From positions 1 to 44,657 of the forward strand of contig JACQOI010000216.1 of assembly GCA_016202615.1 (NCBI GenBank): a stretch of 44,657 nt of DNA, read 5' to 3'. The stretch is from Betaproteobacteria bacterium (GTDB taxonomy: Bacteria > Pseudomonadota > Gammaproteobacteria > Burkholderiales > SG8-41). The position numbers were made by a program, and so were the translations under genes. The first letter of the stretch is position 1. The number at the start of each line of letters is the position of its first letter. Below are positions 43,315-44,657 of the stretch, in pieces. The notes under the pieces are model-generated. The model did no database searches, was not told the DNA's origin, and saw only the letters and a list, made by a program, of their open reading frames with translations.

Positions 43315-44318
43315 CAAATATTATAGGTATCCGCCCGGTACTTGTTGAGGTTGCCGGGCTCGCTGAACCAGGCGCAGGTCTCGGCAAGGCCGCGGCGTAA
43401 TCCATCACGGCCCGCGTAATGTGGCTCCCAGTCGAGTAGCGTGCGCGCCTTGGAGTTGTCGGCCCACAGCCGCTCGACTTCGCTGTTGGCCGGCCGCATG
43501 CGGATCTCTTCGGTCTCGATTTCGATGTCCCGGCCCATCACTTCGGCGATCAGCCGCGCCGTGTCCTGGATGCTGATTTCGAAATTGCTGCCGATATTGA
43601 TGACCTCGCCGACGGCGCGCTCGGAGTTTGCTACCGCGATAAAGCCGCGTATGGTGTCCGGGATGTAAGTGAAATCGCGCGTCGGGTGCAGCGTGCCGAG
43701 CTTGATGGTACGCCTGCCGCGCGCAATCTGGGTGATCACGGTCGGGATCAACGCGCGCGCGGACTGTCGCGGCCCGTAGGTATTGAATGGCCGGATGATG
43801 GCGACGGGCGTGCCGAATGCACGTTGGAACGATAGCGCAATCTGATCGGCACCGATTTTTGTAGCCGAGTAAGGCGACTGTCCCTGCAGCGGGTGGTCTT
43901 CGGTAATTGGTACAAAGCGCGCAGTACCGTAGACCTCGCTGGTCGAAGTATGGACCACCTTTGCGACACCCAGTTCACGTGCCGCTTGCATCACGTTCAA
44001 CGTGCCCTTGATATTGGTATCGACGTAAGTGTCGGGCGAATGATAGGAATAGGGGATTGCGATCAGCGCCGCCAGATGCAGCACGGTGTCGCAGCCCTGC
44101 ATCGCGGTCTTTACGCCATGCGGATCGCGGATGTCGCCGGCGAATACATCGAGCGACTGCTTGATCTCGTCGGCGGCATGGTCGAGCCAACCCCAGGAAT
44201 TGAAGGAGTTGTAAAGGACGAATGCGCGAACCTGATAGCCCCCGCGCACCAGCGCTTCGACGAGATGCGAACCGATAAAGCCGTCGGCGCCGGTCACCAA
44301 TATTCTTTTCTGGCCCAT
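43314..44318 (-). CDS. legB: NAD-dependent NDP-GlcNAc 4,6-dehydratase (LegB candidate), 334 aa
   Basis: ILVTGADGFIGSHLVE, YNSFNSWGWLD, STSEVYG, YSATKIGAD. First gene of the operon (ATG 44318-44316), followed upstream by a 259-bp noncoding region. Confidence 0.8.
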   Translation of the reverse strand: MGQKRILVTGADGFIGSHLVEALVRGGYQVRAFVLYNSFNSWGWLDHAADEIKQSLDVFAGDIRDPHGVKTAMQGCDTVLHLAALIAIPYSYHSPDTYVDTNIKGTLNVMQAARELGVAKVVHTSTSEVYGTARFVPITEDHPLQGQSPYSATKIGADQIALSFQRAFGTPVAIIRPFNTYGPRQSARALIPTVITQIARGRRTIKLGTLHPTRDFTYIPDTIRGFIAVANSERAVGEVINIGSNFEISIQDTARLIAEVMGRDIEIETEEIRMRPANSEVERLWADNSKARTLLDWEPHYAGRDGLRRGLAETCAWFSEPGNLNKYRADTYNI

Positions 44319-44577
44319 ATCTTCGTCGTCAGTCTCGTTCCCTAGCAGCCTGTCGGACCTAACAGTCCGTACAGGCTGCTAAAAGCAAAACCGGCTGACC
44401 ATTCATAATAAACTCACTCGAAGCGGTAGAATTTGGCCAAAAAAGTGGGCAACTTCGCATATCTGTTATCCTTTTCCACAATTCCACTTGTGCCGGTTTT
44501 GCATTAGGAGTTTGTCGGGGCTGGTCCGACAAACTCCTAGACTGGCTGCGTTTGATCGTTTGTTGCGGAGGTATGTC
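44319..44577. promoter_or_regulatory. Upstream control region of the leg operon (and of a possible divergent plus-strand gene)
   Basis: Largest noncoding gap at the right end. It lies upstream of the first gene of an 11-gene minus-strand unit. An AT-rich 96-bp core (44396-44491) is bracketed by two related hairpins. No confident -35/-10 assignment. Confidence 0.4.
44343..44539. repeat. Pair of related hairpin repeats in inverted orientation (about 50-bp imperfect terminal inverted repeats; BIME/MITE-like or paired operator)
   Basis: Left unit, 44343-44395: TAGCAGCCTGTCGGAC-CTAACA-GTCCGTACAGGCTGCTA followed by AAA and GCAAAACCGGC. Right unit, 44492-44539: GCCGGTTTTGC followed by AT and TAGGAGTTTGTCGG-GGCTGGT-CCGACAAACTCCTA. 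GCAAAACCGGC and GCCGGTTTTGC form a perfect 11-bp inverted repeat. The stem differences between the two hairpins are compensated. Confidence 0.55.
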
Positions 44578-44657
44578 ATGTCGTTGGTACAACTCGGGCC
44601 GTTCATGAAGTGGCGCGTTTTGCGTGGAGCGCGGCGCGCTGCCAGACAAAGCGCGCG
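44578..44657 (+). CDS. Possible 5' end of a plus-strand gene running off the window (MSLVQLGPFMKWRVLRGARRAARQSA...)
   Basis: ATG at 44578 is preceded by GGAGG (44567-44571, 6-nt spacer). The frame stays open to the window end (26 codons) and third positions are G/C-biased. Too short to assess function. Confidence 0.25.
   Translation, partial: MSLVQLGPFMKWRVLRGARRAARQSA

Noticed and set aside
41009-43326. Two very long plus-strand ORFs (41009-42364, 451 aa; 42139-43326, 395 aa) opposite legG and legC.
   Set aside because: Same antisense artefact as above. legG and legC on the minus strand have unambiguous NeuC and DegT motifs. The plus-strand translations are low-complexity and Arg-rich.
44343-44381. 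The strong hairpin considered as a Rho-independent terminator.
   Set aside because: Neither strand has a U-tract after the stem: the plus strand continues AAAAGCAAAA and the minus strand continues GGGAACGAG. The hairpin also lies upstream of, not downstream from, the adjacent operon.
44359-44649. 96-aa minus-strand ORF in the right-hand intergenic region.
   Set aside because: It spans both hairpin repeats and the AT-rich core. It has no RBS or motif, and its composition (Pro/Gln/Ser-rich) is unlike that of the coding genes.
1-44657. Search for CRISPR arrays, tRNA/rRNA genes, transposases, integrases, toxin-antitoxin or phage-defence genes.
   Set aside because: I saw no direct-repeat/spacer periodicity, no cloverleaf-like or rRNA-like segments in the few noncoding gaps, and no ORF with recombinase, nuclease or defence motifs. 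The window is saturated with glycan-biosynthesis genes.

Overview
44.7-kb, high-G+C, almost gap-free bacterial surface-glycan (O-antigen/capsule/EPS-type) biosynthesis island. I call 41 complete CDS: 39 on the minus strand and 2 on the plus strand. There is also one possible partial CDS at the right edge. I saw no rRNA, tRNA, CRISPR array, transposase, integrase or recognisable defence gene. The supplied ORF track accepts GTG/TTG starts and reports maximal ORFs. I therefore trimmed many N-termini to starts that abut or overlap the upstream stop (ATGA, GTGA, TAATG junctions). Modules, read right to left along the minus strand: (i) 33658-44318 is a complete legionaminic-acid-type nonulosonic acid operon (legB, legC, legG, legI, legH), followed by a CBS-nucleotidyltransferase, a Gfo/Idh/MocA oxidoreductase, an embedded B12-binding radical SAM enzyme, a CMP-nonulosonate synthetase and an SDR. 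(ii) 29486-33638 is a divergently transcribed pair of paralogous B12-binding radical SAM enzymes. (iii) 24595-29278 holds an orphan 566-aa GT-B-like protein, an LbH acetyltransferase, a SPASM/twitch radical SAM enzyme and two methyltransferases. (iv) 19150-23653 holds a GT4 plus a CDP-glucose pathway (rfbF, rfbG, small cupin, SDR). (v) 14346-19150 holds a GT2, a Zn-ribbon methyltransferase, a DegT-like enzyme, a FemAB-like enzyme and a CE4 deacetylase. (vi) 11414-14100 is an AT-richer three-gene insert (nucleotidyltransferase, dehydratase, GT2) bounded by an inverted G/C-rich repeat doublet. (vii) 141-11381 holds two large polytopic membrane proteins, YdcF, a C-methyltransferase/RmlC/reductase/O-methyltransferase cassette, a Wzx flippase, a Zn-ribbon methyltransferase and a glycosyltransferase. 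Main hunt result: 10 of 41 CDS use SAM. Four of these are radical SAM enzymes, three of the cobalamin-binding type, and one is translationally coupled inside the legionaminic acid operon. I regard this as a candidate undescribed radical (probably C-methylating) glycan-tailoring system. Structured palindromic repeat elements sit at both ends of the island and at one internal compositional boundary. All functional calls rest on motif recognition by eye; no database search was possible.
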